A stretch of 64,000 nucleotides of DNA from Ascoidea asiatica JCM 7603 (taxonomy: Eukaryota > Fungi > Ascomycota), in contig BCKQ01000004.1 in NCBI GenBank assembly GCA_001600695.1, positions 541,583 through 605,582 of the forward strand. Reading direction: 5' to 3'. Made by a program: the position numbers and the translations under genes. The notes beneath the pieces are model-generated. The model saw only the letters and a program-made list of their open reading frames with translations. It ran no database searches and was not told where the DNA came from. Shown piece by piece: positions 36,333 through 47,821 of the stretch (the first letter of the stretch is position 1; each line of letters begins with the position of its first letter).

Positions 36333-37532
36333 ATGAGCAGCATATTCTTTTCCAGGTCTTTCAAGCAAACTGCTTTTCCATTATCGAAAATAAGTAATAA
36401 CATAAGATTCAATTCTACTATTTCAACTATTTCAAATATTGAAACAATTTCAAATGATTTATCATCTGAATTTAATATTCCTGAAAATAGTACAATTTTT
36501 TCATTAATTCAACCAACTGGTAATATACATCTTGGTAATTATCTTGGTGCAATAAAAAATTGGATAAAAATTCAAAATAATGTAAAAAATTCAAAAATTT
36601 TATTTGGTCAAGCTGATTTACATGCAATTACAATACCAAAATTTTCAAAAGATTTAAAAAATTATAGATTTGAAAATATGGCAAGTTTAATTGCATCTGG
36701 TATAAATCCAGAAAAATCAATTTTATTTCAACAAAGTCAAATTCCTGAACATTCTGAATTATGTTGGATTTTAACTTGTATTTCTTCAATGGGTACTTTA
36801 AATAGAATGACTCAATGGAAATCAAAATCAAATTTAAAATTAATCTCAGATTCAAATAATAATTTAAATGATTTAAATAATTTACTTTCAATTAATGCTG
36901 GTTTATTAATGTATCCAGTCTTAATGGCTGCTGATATTTTATTATATAATTCAACTCATGTTCCTGTTGGTGAAGATCAATCTCAACATCTTGAATTAAC
37001 TAGAAATTTAGCTAAAAAATTTAATAAATTTTATAAAAAAAATCAATTTAATATTCCAAAAAGTATTTTTTCACAATCAAAAAAAATTTTATCATTAAAA
37101 AATCCAATTAAAAAAATGTCAAAATCTGATATTGATAAAAATTCAATAATTTTCTTAAATGATAATCCTGATATAATTTTAAAAAAAATTTTAAAAGCAA
37201 AAACTGATAATATTAATATTATTTTTAAATTTGATAAAATTAATAGACCTGGAATTTCAAATTTTTTAAATATAATTTCTTCAATTCAAAATAAATCAAT
37301 TAATCAAATTGAAAATGATTTAATTTATTTAAATATTAATTCTCATGAAAAATTAAAATATTATTTATCTGAAATTATTATTAATGAATTAAAAAATCCA
37401 AGAATTTTATTTAATAAATTAATTAATGATAAATCTTATTTACAAGATATTATTAATAAAGGAAATTTAAAAGCAAGAGAAATTGCTTCCAAGAATATTA
37501 TTGACATAAAAAAGACTATAGGTCTCGACTAA
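36333..37532 (+). CDS. MSW1: Mitochondrial tryptophanyl-tRNA synthetase
   Basis: SLIQPTGNIHLGNYLGA, YPVLMAADI, VPVGEDQSQH and KMSKS, with a presequence. Confidence 0.96.
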   Translation: MSSIFFSRSFKQTAFPLSKISNNIRFNSTISTISNIETISNDLSSEFNIPENSTIFSLIQPTGNIHLGNYLGAIKNWIKIQNNVKNSKILFGQADLHAITIPKFSKDLKNYRFENMASLIASGINPEKSILFQQSQIPEHSELCWILTCISSMGTLNRMTQWKSKSNLKLISDSNNNLNDLNNLLSINAGLLMYPVLMAADILLYNSTHVPVGEDQSQHLELTRNLAKKFNKFYKKNQFNIPKSIFSQSKKILSLKNPIKKMSKSDIDKNSIIFLNDNPDIILKKILKAKTDNINIIFKFDKINRPGISNFLNIISSIQNKSINQIENDLIYLNINSHEKLKYYLSEIIINELKNPRILFNKLINDKSYLQDIINKGNLKAREIASKNIIDIKKTIGLD

Positions 37533-37764
37533 TTTCTTCCTTATTTTCTTCTTTCACTCACTCATTACTTCTGTATATAATTAAACACTTCATGGAACAC
37601 TTCATGGAACACTTCTTTAAATACTTCATCGAATACTTCATCGAATACTTCATCGAATATCTCATTACTTCATTTCTTTATTAAATAGTTTCATAAATAA
37701 TTTTTGAATAAATAAAAATAAATAAATTTAAACTTTTCATATATCTGCACCACAAAGCACGCTT

Positions 37765-37787
37765 ACGCGTATTTCTGCCGACGCGAC
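37765..37787. promoter_or_regulatory. MCB-like ACGCGT and GACGCGAC upstream of RRN11
   Basis: Two CGCG cores in otherwise AT-rich sequence, 140-160 bp before the ATG. Confidence 0.4.
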
Positions 37788-37925
37788 TTTGATTTGAAAT
37801 ATTTTTATTTGATTTTTAAAATAAAGCAATAAAAATAAAGAAAAAATTAATGATTTATTGAAAATATTTTATTAAATTACTCTTTTCATTTACAATATTT
37901 AATCCAAAAAATAAAGTAATAAATC

Positions 37926-39659
37926 ATGTTTGAGAATCCATTGATTGAAGAATATAAAACTAGTAAAAAAAATAAAAGAAGAAAATTAGAAAATCTATTA
38001 AATAAGTATATTAAAAATAATATAATAAATAATAATAATAACTTGAGAAATGAAGAAGAATCTAAAAAACATAAAAAATTCATAAAGAAGTTAAATAGAT
38101 CAAATTTAATTAAAAATAATGTTCAAGAAACTTATGAATATTGGAATAATTCTTCATTTAGCTTGAAACTCAATAGCTTTAATAATTCAAATTCAAAAAA
38201 AAGATCAAGAAATGTAACTAATGTTGATGGAATTTATTCTGATGATGAAGATTCCAAAGATACTAATGATTATGATGAAGAAACAATAGAATCTTCTGAT
38301 AATGAAATTAATGAAAATCTTAATGAAAATTCTAATAAAAATTCTTGGGTTTATGCAAGTTTTATCATTAAAACAAGAGGTTTTGAGATTTTACCTTATT
38401 TGAATCCAATATTGAATCAATATAATGAAGATAATTCAAAATATCTTAATCCTATTGATAACAATAATAATAAAAATCTTAAAAACTTAAATTCAAATTC
38501 AGATAATATTTTAAATTCAAATCAAAATTTCACTAAAAAACATATGAATTTAATGATAAATTTACTTTATTTAAATATCTTTAAAAAAAATTGGAAAATT
38601 GCTTATAAAGTCTTTTCAATATTAATCAAATTAAACTCTTCTCATTACTTAAATTTTAATAAAAATAAAATGAAAAAAGATAATAGTAATGTCAATTTGA
38701 ATTCAGATATTAAAAGTAATAATTCAACTAATGATAAAATTGATTTAAGATCTTTATGGCCAATTGGTGTTGAAATTTTAAATAATTTAAAAAAAGAGAA
38801 AATTAATAAACAAATTAATAATTTAGATTTTAATATACAAAAATCTTATCAAAATCAAACTGAAAATTATAAAATTAATTCAAAATTCATTAATAAATTC
38901 AAATTAAATTCTTATAATAATGCAAATTCAATTCAAAAATATCAAATTGAAGATATGATGAATATAAATAATGATAATAAAATCTACAAAAATGAAAAAT
39001 ATATGGATTGGTTAACAATATTTTATGGTACAACTTCTTCAATTAATTTCTTCAGTACTTCAAGAAATTTTAGATTTGCTCCACAATGGAGAATTGGAAG
39101 TAAAACTTATTCACCTTTATATATCTTAGGTTATCTTTGGTCTCTTATTTTGAAAATTAATAATTTATCTTTATCTAATTTCGATACAATAAAGAAACTT
39201 GGAAAATCTAAAGAAACAATAAATTTTATAAAAAATGAAATTGATTATAATGAAATGATAATTTTAAATTCAAATAATCTAATTAAAGATGTAAAAGATA
39301 AATTATCTGAATTATTATTACAACCTCCTTTTACAGATGATTTGAATTTTCTTTATTTGGAATTTATTATTGGAATAATTGAAATAAATATAGAAATTTA
39401 TGAATTAATCAATAATGAATTGAATAAATGTTTTCAAAATTATTTAAATCAAGGAAGTTCTTTAAATGATTTTCAAAATGGTATATCAAAAGAATATTTA
39501 TTAGATCTTGATTCTTATAATCATGTATTGAATTCTATAGAAAAAAATCGAGATCAACTAGATGATTTTATAAGTAATGGTCTTATAATTGATAAAAGTC
39601 TAATTAAAAAAGAAATCAGTTATCTTTTACTGAAAATTGAGGATATTCTAGTGATATAG
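37926..39659 (+). CDS. RRN11: RNA polymerase I core factor subunit Rrn11
   Basis: KHMNLMINLLYLNIFKKNWKIAYKVFSILIK, IDLRSLWPIGVEIL and LSELLLQPPFTDD. Confidence 0.85.
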   Translation: MFENPLIEEYKTSKKNKRRKLENLLNKYIKNNIINNNNNLRNEEESKKHKKFIKKLNRSNLIKNNVQETYEYWNNSSFSLKLNSFNNSNSKKRSRNVTNVDGIYSDDEDSKDTNDYDEETIESSDNEINENLNENSNKNSWVYASFIIKTRGFEILPYLNPILNQYNEDNSKYLNPIDNNNNKNLKNLNSNSDNILNSNQNFTKKHMNLMINLLYLNIFKKNWKIAYKVFSILIKLNSSHYLNFNKNKMKKDNSNVNLNSDIKSNNSTNDKIDLRSLWPIGVEILNNLKKEKINKQINNLDFNIQKSYQNQTENYKINSKFINKFKLNSYNNANSIQKYQIEDMMNINNDNKIYKNEKYMDWLTIFYGTTSSINFFSTSRNFRFAPQWRIGSKTYSPLYILGYLWSLILKINNLSLSNFDTIKKLGKSKETINFIKNEIDYNEMIILNSNNLIKDVKDKLSELLLQPPFTDDLNFLYLEFIIGIIEINIEIYELINNELNKCFQNYLNQGSSLNDFQNGISKEYLLDLDSYNHVLNSIEKNRDQLDDFISNGLIIDKSLIKKEISYLLLKIEDILVI

Positions 39660-39769
39660 TAACCAAAAAAAAAAAAAAAAAAAAAGAAAAAAATAGAAAA
39701 AAACTATTGAAAAAATATTAAAAAAGTAAAAATAGAATATTAAAATATAATTTTATTATGTTTCTTTTT

Positions 39770-42700
39770 TTATAATATTGTAGAATTAATTGGTTCCCAA
39801 GATTTTAATCTTAAAGAAGATGTCACAACACAAACAGATGAAATACTCATGGAAGCTGCTGCAAATAAAGGATTCATTATACCCATTATTGCCATTGGAA
39901 TCATTAACATATTATATACAGTAGCAAGAATAAAATTGAGTCTAATTGTTTTTAAGGTTTTATTTGATAAATTCAAACTATTAATTAATGATAATAAATC
40001 ATCATCTAATAATATGATATCAGCTGCTGAAGTTGCAATATCTGTTGCTGAACTAAAGGATATTCCAATATCTGCTTGACTTATAGCTGCAGCATCATTT
40101 ATACCATCACCAATAAATAAAACTTTTTTAATTTTTTGTAAATTTGAAACTAATTTTGCTTTATCTGAAGGAGTTTGTTCAGCAAATATTGAATTTAATT
40201 CAATTCCAACTTGATTTCCAACTCTTTTTGCAATTTGATAATTATCACCAGTAACCATTGCAACTTCATAACCATGTTTTTTAAGATAATTTATAACTTC
40301 TTTTGCATGAGGTTTTATTGAATCAGTTAAAATCATAAAACCTAAAATTTCTTCATCAATTGAAAGATAAATTTTAGTTCCAATAATATTTTCAGTAATA
40401 TCTTGTTTTAAATTAACTAATTTTGCATTACCAAGTTTAATAGTATGTTCAAAATTATTATCATTATCATTATCATTAATATTTTTAAAATTTGCAACTA
40501 TACCCAGTCCAGGTTGATTTTTAATATTATAAATTTGAAAATTATTTTTAAAAGATTCATTTGAATTTTCTAAATTATTTAAAATAGATCTTGAATAACT
40601 TTCAATTGATTTTGCAATTGGATGATCAGAATTTTTTTCAATTAAATTTATTAAACTCCAAATTTGAAAATGATTTAAATTAAATTTTTCAAATAAATTT
40701 TCAAAAAATTTAAAATTTATAATTTTCATTGAACCTGTTGTTAAAGTATTTGTTTTATCAAATAAAATTATATCAATTTTATTTAAATTTTCTAAAATAT
40801 CACCACCTTTAATTAAAAGACCATTTTTTGCACCAACACCAGTACCAACCATAATTGCAGTTGGAGCAGCTAAACCTAAAGCACATGGACAAGCAACAAC
40901 AATTACAGAAATTCCAATTTTTAAAGAAACAAAAAATTTACCATTTGATTTAATTGAATTATAAAATCTTTTTGGTAAATCTTCAATATTTGTAAAATAA
41001 TAATTAAAAATTAAAAACCAAAATAAGAATGTGAAAAATGATAAACAAATTATTGAAGGTACAAAAATTGAAGCAATATAATCTGCATACCTTTGTAATG
41101 GAGCTTTTTTAGTTTGAGCATTTTTTACAAGAGAAATAATTTGATTTAATTTTGTTGAATCACCAATATATTTAACTTTCATATAAAAAGTATTTGATTT
41201 ATTTACAGAACCTGCAATTACATTTGAATTAATTTTTTTTAAAATTGGTATTGATTCACCAGTTAATAAAGATTCATCAATTTCAGATTCACCAAAAATT
41301 ATAAAACCATCAGCAGGAATTTTTTCACCTTGTTTAATAATTAAAATATCATTTGGTTGAATAAAATCAGATAAAATTTTTTCAATTTCAAATTCTTCTA
41401 AATTTTTTATAGATTTATTAATATTATTATTATTATTATTATTAATAATATTAAATAAATTTGATTCAAATTCTAATTGATTTTTAATTACAAAAGAATT
41501 TGAAGGTGTTAAATTTAATAAATTTGATAAAGATGAAGTTGTTTGACTTTTTGCTTTATTTTCTAACCATTTACCAAAAGATATAAAAATAATTAACATT
41601 GCAGAAGTATCAAATAAAACAATTGGTTTAATTTTAGAATTTTTAAAAATTAAAGAAATTAACATTGAATAAATTGAGAAAAAATAAGTTATAGAAGTTG
41701 AAGTTGAAATTAAAACATCCATATTTGTATTACCATTTTTTAAAGATTTATATGAATTTATATAAAAAATTTTACCTAATTTAAATTGAATAATTGTTGA
41801 AAATATTAAAGAAATTAAATCATTTAAATATAAACCAGAATTAAGAATTTGAAAATAATTATTTTTATAATTAAATTTTTTTAGAATTAATGGTAAAAAA
41901 TTATGTAAAAATAAAATTGGTAAACCTAAGAATAAAGAATTTTTAAAATTTTTAAACCAAAATTTAATTTCATTAATTTTAGATAAATTTTTTAATTGAT
42001 TTAAATTATTAATTGAATTTTTAGGTAAACAAATTATATTAAATTTTTGATTTAAATTATTAATAATTGATCTAATTTTTATTGTAGAATTAAAATTATA
42101 AATTAAATTTAATAAATTTTGATTTTTATTCATTTTTACAAAAATTATATTATTAAAAGAAGATTTTAAATAATTTTCAATTTCATTTGAATTTAAATTT
42201 TTTAAAATATTTTCATTACCTAATATTGATAATTTTAAATTTATTGTATCTTTTTGATTATTAATTTTATTGGCGGTTAAGTTTAAAGATGAATTAAATT
42301 CATTAAATTCATTTAATTTATTTAATTCAATTAATTCAATTGAGGAATTAGATAATTGATAAGAATATGGATATGAAGATATTAAATTACAATCAAAACC
42401 AGAATTATCTATTATATCTAATAAAACATTTGAATTAATTTTAATTGAATGAATAATTTTAGCTTCTTCAGTTAATAAAGATATATTTATATCATTTATT
42501 AAATTATTTTTAATATTATTTTTAATATTTAAATTTAAAATTGATTTTGTAATTGAAGAAGTACATGAAGAACAAGTCATACCTTGTATTGAAATTATAG
42601 ATTCAATTAATTGATTATCATCATTGTCATTGTCATTTGTATTGTCATTGTTATTGTTATTGTTATTGTTGATTAATGGAGATTTAGAAGATATAGTGTA

Positions 42701-42934
42701 TGATGAATTATCTTTAATTAAAGAATCAGAAGAATCCGAAGATGAAGTTAAATTGAAATTTGAATTATCTGAATTACTTTCATTATCTATATCATTATTA
42801 ATTAAATTTTGATTTTCATATTCATCATTATTATTATGATTATTATTATTATTATTATTATTATTAATATTATTTTTAATATTAATATTAAAATTTTTAA
42901 AATTTGAGAATAAATTTGAAAATGAAAATGACAT
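39770..42934 (-). CDS. CCC2: P1B copper-transporting ATPase Ccc2
   Basis: GMTCSSC HMA, TGES, CPCALGLAAP, DKTNTLT (variant), SDHP, TGDN, GDGIND, YN and MSISS motifs. Confidence 0.9.
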   Translation of the reverse strand: MSFSFSNLFSNFKNFNINIKNNINNNNNNNNNHNNNDEYENQNLINNDIDNESNSDNSNFNLTSSSDSSDSLIKDNSSYTISSKSPLINNNNNNNNDNTNDNDNDDNQLIESIISIQGMTCSSCTSSITKSILNLNIKNNIKNNLINDINISLLTEEAKIIHSIKINSNVLLDIIDNSGFDCNLISSYPYSYQLSNSSIELIELNKLNEFNEFNSSLNLTANKINNQKDTINLKLSILGNENILKNLNSNEIENYLKSSFNNIIFVKMNKNQNLLNLIYNFNSTIKIRSIINNLNQKFNIICLPKNSINNLNQLKNLSKINEIKFWFKNFKNSLFLGLPILFLHNFLPLILKKFNYKNNYFQILNSGLYLNDLISLIFSTIIQFKLGKIFYINSYKSLKNGNTNMDVLISTSTSITYFFSIYSMLISLIFKNSKIKPIVLFDTSAMLIIFISFGKWLENKAKSQTTSSLSNLLNLTPSNSFVIKNQLEFESNLFNIINNNNNNNINKSIKNLEEFEIEKILSDFIQPNDILIIKQGEKIPADGFIIFGESEIDESLLTGESIPILKKINSNVIAGSVNKSNTFYMKVKYIGDSTKLNQIISLVKNAQTKKAPLQRYADYIASIFVPSIICLSFFTFLFWFLIFNYYFTNIEDLPKRFYNSIKSNGKFFVSLKIGISVIVVACPCALGLAAPTAIMVGTGVGAKNGLLIKGGDILENLNKIDIILFDKTNTLTTGSMKIINFKFFENLFEKFNLNHFQIWSLINLIEKNSDHPIAKSIESYSRSILNNLENSNESFKNNFQIYNIKNQPGLGIVANFKNINDNDNDNNFEHTIKLGNAKLVNLKQDITENIIGTKIYLSIDEEILGFMILTDSIKPHAKEVINYLKKHGYEVAMVTGDNYQIAKRVGNQVGIELNSIFAEQTPSDKAKLVSNLQKIKKVLFIGDGINDAAAISQADIGISFSSATDIATSAADIILLDDDLLSLINSLNLSNKTLKTIRLNFILATVYNMLMIPMAIMGIMNPLFAAASMSISSVCVVTSSLRLKSWEPINSTIL

Positions 42935-43479
42935 TATTTTAGGATTTGGATATGATAAATATTTTAGAATATATTTAAAAGAATATTCATGAAACTGAGA
43001 TTGTTTAGATTGATTAGATTATAGGGATTTGATATTTCAACGGGGTTTGATTATCTTATATATTTTGTTATTTGATTAATGGATAATTTGAGTGATAAAT
43101 TGATAATAAAGCTAGTATATATATATAAATATGAGTATGAGACAAAGAAAAAGAGAAAGAGGAAAAGAAAGAGAATAAGCAGGAAAGTAAGAATATGAGG
43201 AAGCAAAGAGAAAAGAAAAAGAAATAAAGGATAATATATATGAAGAGAAATGTATTTGATATGTAATATGATAATGTAATATGATAATGTATATAATATA
43301 ATAATGAGTAGTGGTAGTATTTAGTATGAGAATAAAGTGAGAATAAAGTGAGAATAAAGTGAGAATAAAGGTATATTTTGTTAAGTATGGCGTAGAGCAT
43401 AAACGCCGGAGGTTTCTTTGGCGCTTTACCCTTAGATGGAATTGATAGCAGAGAAGAGGGAAGTGAGAAGAGGGAGGGA

Positions 43480-43531
43480 AAGAGAGAGAGAGAGAGAGAG
43501 TGTGTGTGTGTGTGTGTGTGTGTGTGAGAGT
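43480..43531. repeat. Compound (GA)n(GT)n microsatellite in the CCC2/ATP17 divergent promoter
   Basis: Directly visible dinucleotide runs. Confidence 0.9.
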
Positions 43532-43950
43532 GATCGCTTTTCTTCCATGGGGTCTGTTTTATCTGGGCATGAAGAAGTGGCCGGGGGTGGCGGGTATTTA
43601 GATACATCTGTGGATGGCGGTTTTTATCGAGACAGGCACGTGATACAGCTTGGTCAGGTGACCAACTATTGAGTCACATGACCTTTGTTTTTTTCAACCA
43701 GTAATATCTCTGAGATCACTTCCACTATTATTATATTGAATTACTATTGAAGTGTATTGAAGTGTATTGTATTATATTATATTCATTTGGCGCTGGTGAA
43801 CTATCGAAATTTGGTATTTAGATTTAATACTCCAATAATTATATCTCTAATATCAATTATATATTATATATTATATATATATATATACTTCATATCATAT
43901 CATATCATATCATATCATATTTCATATTCTTAATCAATATCAATATCAAT

Positions 43951-44253
43951 ATGTCATTTATTGCAAAACGTTCATTATCAACATTAATTCCACCAAAGAT
44001 TGCATCTGTTAAAAATTTAGGTTCAAATCCAAATGCAAAACGTATGGTTAATGTTGTTTCATTTTATAAATCTTTACCACAAGGTCAAATTGAATTAAAA
44101 AAATCTTGGGGTCCAATATCAAAATATAAATCTGCTTATTTTGATGGTGATAATGCTTCTGGTAAACCAATAATTCATATTGCTTTATTTTTATTAATTT
44201 CTGGTTATTCAATGGAATATTATTTTCATCATGCTGCTCATAAAGATCATTAA
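43951..44253 (+). CDS. ATP17: ATP synthase subunit f
   Basis: LSTLIPPKIASVKNLGSNPNAKRMVNVVSFYKSLPQG...YFDGDNASGKP...GYSMEYYFH. Confidence 0.96.
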   Translation: MSFIAKRSLSTLIPPKIASVKNLGSNPNAKRMVNVVSFYKSLPQGQIELKKSWGPISKYKSAYFDGDNASGKPIIHIALFLLISGYSMEYYFHHAAHKDH

Positions 44254-44357
44254 ATTTATAACCTTTCATTATAATTATTATTAACTATATATAGATATAT
44301 TCATATAAAATTACTTATATATTCATCTAATATATATATATATATATATATATATCA

Positions 44358-44612
44358 TTACACTTCAGAAATATATTGAACTGTATTACCTCGTATAAAT
44401 ACATCACCATAATTTCTACTTTTTTCACCATTTATAATCTCAATTGTTTTTGGTCCTAAAACTATATTCATATATCCATCAATCATTTGTAAAATTCCAT
44501 GATATTCAATTCCTGAATTTAATTTAATTATAACTTCATTATCTTTAATATCATTTAAAAATTTACTTGGATCTGTTTTATTATTATTATCCTCTTTTAT
44601 AACTTTACTCAT
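44358..44612 (-). CDS. LSM6: Sm-like protein Lsm6
   Basis: PSKFLNDI...VIIKLNSGIEYHGILQMIDGYMNIVL...YGDVFIRGNTVQYIS. Confidence 0.92.
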   Translation of the reverse strand: MSKVIKEDNNNKTDPSKFLNDIKDNEVIIKLNSGIEYHGILQMIDGYMNIVLGPKTIEIINGEKSRNYGDVFIRGNTVQYISEV

Positions 44613-44984
44613 ATTTTATTCTATTCTCTTATATTATATTATTATATATTCATTCTTTAATCAGATTATAATAATCCTTAATCAATAAATTCTTATTAAA
44701 TATTCTTATTAAATATTATTATTAAATTATATTATTATTGTTATTGAAAAGTTAAAATATGTAATGACTAATAGATTACATAATACTTCTGCTGACTCAT
44801 CATACTCAATTGCTGACTAACACTCAATTACGTAACTAATTACATAATCTGAAACTTGTCTTTATTATTTTAAATTATTAATATAATAATTAACGTTATA
44901 TAAAAGGAATAATAGAAGTAAATATAATAAATAACAAGTATAAATATAAATATAAATATAAATATAAATATAAAAATAATTAAA

Positions 44985-45650
44985 ATGTCAGAAGATAATT
45001 TAGATCTTGAATTAAATTTAGAACCAACTCTTAATCATATATTTTCTTCAAATTCAACATTAAAATGGATTTTTGTTGGTGGTAAAGGTGGTGTTGGTAA
45101 AACAACTTCATCATGTTCAATTGCTTTACAATTATCAAAAAAAAATCCAAATAAAAATTTTTTATTAATTTCAACAGATCCTGCTCATAATTTATCTGAT
45201 GCTTTTGGTCAAAAATTTGATAAAGATGCAAGAAAAGTTAATAATTTATTAAATTTATCATGTATGGAAATTGATCCAAATGCTTTTATTGAAGATTTAA
45301 AAAATAATAATAATAATAATCAAAATCAAAATCAAAATGGTGATGGAAATAATCAAGATTTAAATAATAATCCATTAGCTGGTATAATGAATGATATGAC
45401 ATCTTCAATTCCTGGAATTGATGAAGCTTTATCATTTATGGAAGTTATGAAACATATTAAAAAAAATGATTCAAATGGTAATAAAATTGATTATGATACA
45501 ATTATTTTTGATACAGCTCCAACTGGTCATACATTAAGATTTTTACAATTACCATCAACTTTAGAAAAATTATTAATTAAATTAAATAATTTATCAGGTA
45601 AATTTGGTCCATTAATTAATAATTTTATTTCTTCAAATAATTCCTCAGGA

Positions 45651-45693
<43 letters not shown>

Positions 45694-46142
45694 GTCAAAT
45701 TGGTAATGAAAATAAAGATATTTTTAAAAAATTAAGTGAAATTCAAAAAACAGTAAGTGAAATTAATAAAGAATTTCAAAATCCAGATTTAACAACATTT
45801 ATTTGTGTTTGTATAAGTGAATTTTTATCATTATATGAAACTGAGAGATTAATTCAAGAATTAATATCATATAATATGGATGTTAATTCAATTATTATTA
45901 ATCAATTATTATTTGAAGATTTAAATAATTGTAAGAGATGTAAATCAAGATGGAAAATGCAAAAAAAATATTTAAATGAAATGTTTGATTTATATGAAGA
46001 TTTTCATTTAATTAAAATGCCATTATTAGGTAATGAAATTAGAGGTTTAAATAATTTAATTAAATTTAGTCAATTTTTATCAAAACCATATGATCCAATT
46101 AATGATAATCATATAATTTTTGAATTAGAAAATCAAGATTAA
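44985..46142 (+). CDS. GET3: ATPase Get3 (tail-anchored protein targeting)
   Basis: [38 protein letters not shown] and CKRC. Confidence 0.97.
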
Positions 46143-46204
46143 TTATTTATATTTATATTTTTATATACAAGTGTTTAAGTTAATTGAGTAATAAATAAGT
46201 TAAA

Positions 46205-47821
46205 TTATGAAAAAAGTTTATAAATCCAATGAGGTTTATATTCCATTGGAATTTTTAAATTATTTAAATCATTTTTATAATTTAAAATTTTTTTTTCATA
46301 AAATGAAATTTTTTCTTTATTTTTTTTATTTTCATTATTATTTTCATTATATAATAAATGAGAATACATTTTAATTAAATTTTTATAATTTAAATTTAAA
46401 ATTAAATAACAATTTTTATTTGAATTTAAATATGGTAAAGATTGAATAATTATTAATTCAGACCATTTTATTGAATTTTTATAATCTTTTTTTAACCATA
46501 AAATTTCAGAAATATATAATTTTAATTTTGGTATATCATCAAAATTTATATCTAATTGACTTTGATGTTGATTATTATTATTATTATTATTTAAATTAAA
46601 GAAAAAAAGATGATTTGGATTAATTTTATTATTAAATTTTATAAAATTTTGATAATTAATTAAATTATTTAAATTATTTAATAAAATTTCTAAAGATTTA
46701 TCTAAATATTTATTAATTTTTGATTTATTATAATATTTAAGATAAAATAAAGCTAAATTTGTAGTTGAATCTAATAAATCTCTTGATAATAAAGTTTTTT
46801 TAAAATCAAATAAATATATATCACTTAAATCTAAGTTATTATTTGATGGTGAAGTGGGTGAAGTGGGAGAATTGGGAGAAATGGAAATTGAATTATTATC
46901 TTTTAAAAGTTTAATTGAATTAATATAATAATTTTGTAAAATTTGAAAATTTAAATCATTTGAATTTAATAAATTTTTATCTTGATTATAAATATTAATT
47001 AAAAGATTTGGATATAAATTATAAGCTTTTGATAATAATTCATAAGATACAAGATTATTTATGTTATCTTTAGTGGTAATTGTATTTGAATCAATTATTT
47101 CAAAAACGTAAGATAATAATTTATTTATAATTTTTAAATCATTTAAATTTGAATAATTTTTAGATTTTATTAATGATAATCTTATAATTATATCATTATA
47201 AAATTTAATAAATTGTAAATCATTTGAATTTAATAAAATATTTATTGGAATTAAATTTATATCATTTGAAAATTTATTAAAATTTAAATTATAATTATTA
47301 TTAAAATTTCTTAAAATAGATAAATAAAATTCTTCAGATTTTTTTAAATCATTTTTAAATTGATCAAAGAATAAAGAAATTAAATAAATTAATTTAATTT
47401 TGAATGTAATATTTGATGAGGTTGTATTTGAAGGATAATAATTTTTTTTAAATAAATAATTTTTTATAATTTTATAAATTATAATTATTAAAATTATTGA
47501 AGATATATAAAAAATTAAAATTCCTTTAAGTATTGAATTTGAGAATTTTAAAAATTTTATACCTATTGGATTTTTAATTATTATTCTTTTGAAGTTTCTT
47601 TTTTGGATTAATGAATTTAAAATTAATTTATTATTGTTGTTTTTGTTGTTTTTGTTGTTGTTATTTAATAGTGAAGATAGTAGTCTCTTGTTATTATTGT
47701 TATTATTGTTATTATTGTTATTAGTTAATGATAATGGATTGAATGAATTGAGAGAGTTTAAGGAATTGAAGGAGGTAAGACTCTTTGATAAGGGTCTTTT
47801 TAAAAGTGAAGTTCTTATCAT
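46205..47821 (-). CDS. Mitochondrial inner-membrane helical-repeat protein, Mgr3-like (i-AAA adaptor)
   Basis: Basic presequence, a single TM segment (GILIFYISSIILIIII), a TPR-like body and C-terminal ISEILWLKKDYKNSIKWSE. Confidence 0.55.
   Translation of the reverse strand: MIRTSLLKRPLSKSLTSFNSLNSLNSFNPLSLTNNNNNNNNNNNKRLLSSLLNNNNKNNKNNNNKLILNSLIQKRNFKRIIIKNPIGIKFLKFSNSILKGILIFYISSIILIIIIYKIIKNYLFKKNYYPSNTTSSNITFKIKLIYLISLFFDQFKNDLKKSEEFYLSILRNFNNNYNLNFNKFSNDINLIPINILLNSNDLQFIKFYNDIIIRLSLIKSKNYSNLNDLKIINKLLSYVFEIIDSNTITTKDNINNLVSYELLSKAYNLYPNLLINIYNQDKNLLNSNDLNFQILQNYYINSIKLLKDNNSISISPNSPTSPTSPSNNNLDLSDIYLFDFKKTLLSRDLLDSTTNLALFYLKYYNKSKINKYLDKSLEILLNNLNNLINYQNFIKFNNKINPNHLFFFNLNNNNNNNQHQSQLDINFDDIPKLKLYISEILWLKKDYKNSIKWSELIIIQSLPYLNSNKNCYLILNLNYKNLIKMYSHLLYNENNNENKKNKEKISFYEKKILNYKNDLNNLKIPMEYKPHWIYKLFS

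Noticed and set aside
37588-37660. Short tandem repeats (ACACTTCATGGA x2, ATACTTCATCGA x3) as a CRISPR-like array
   Set aside because: They have no spacers, the context is eukaryotic, and they look like ordinary slippage minisatellites in a 3' region.
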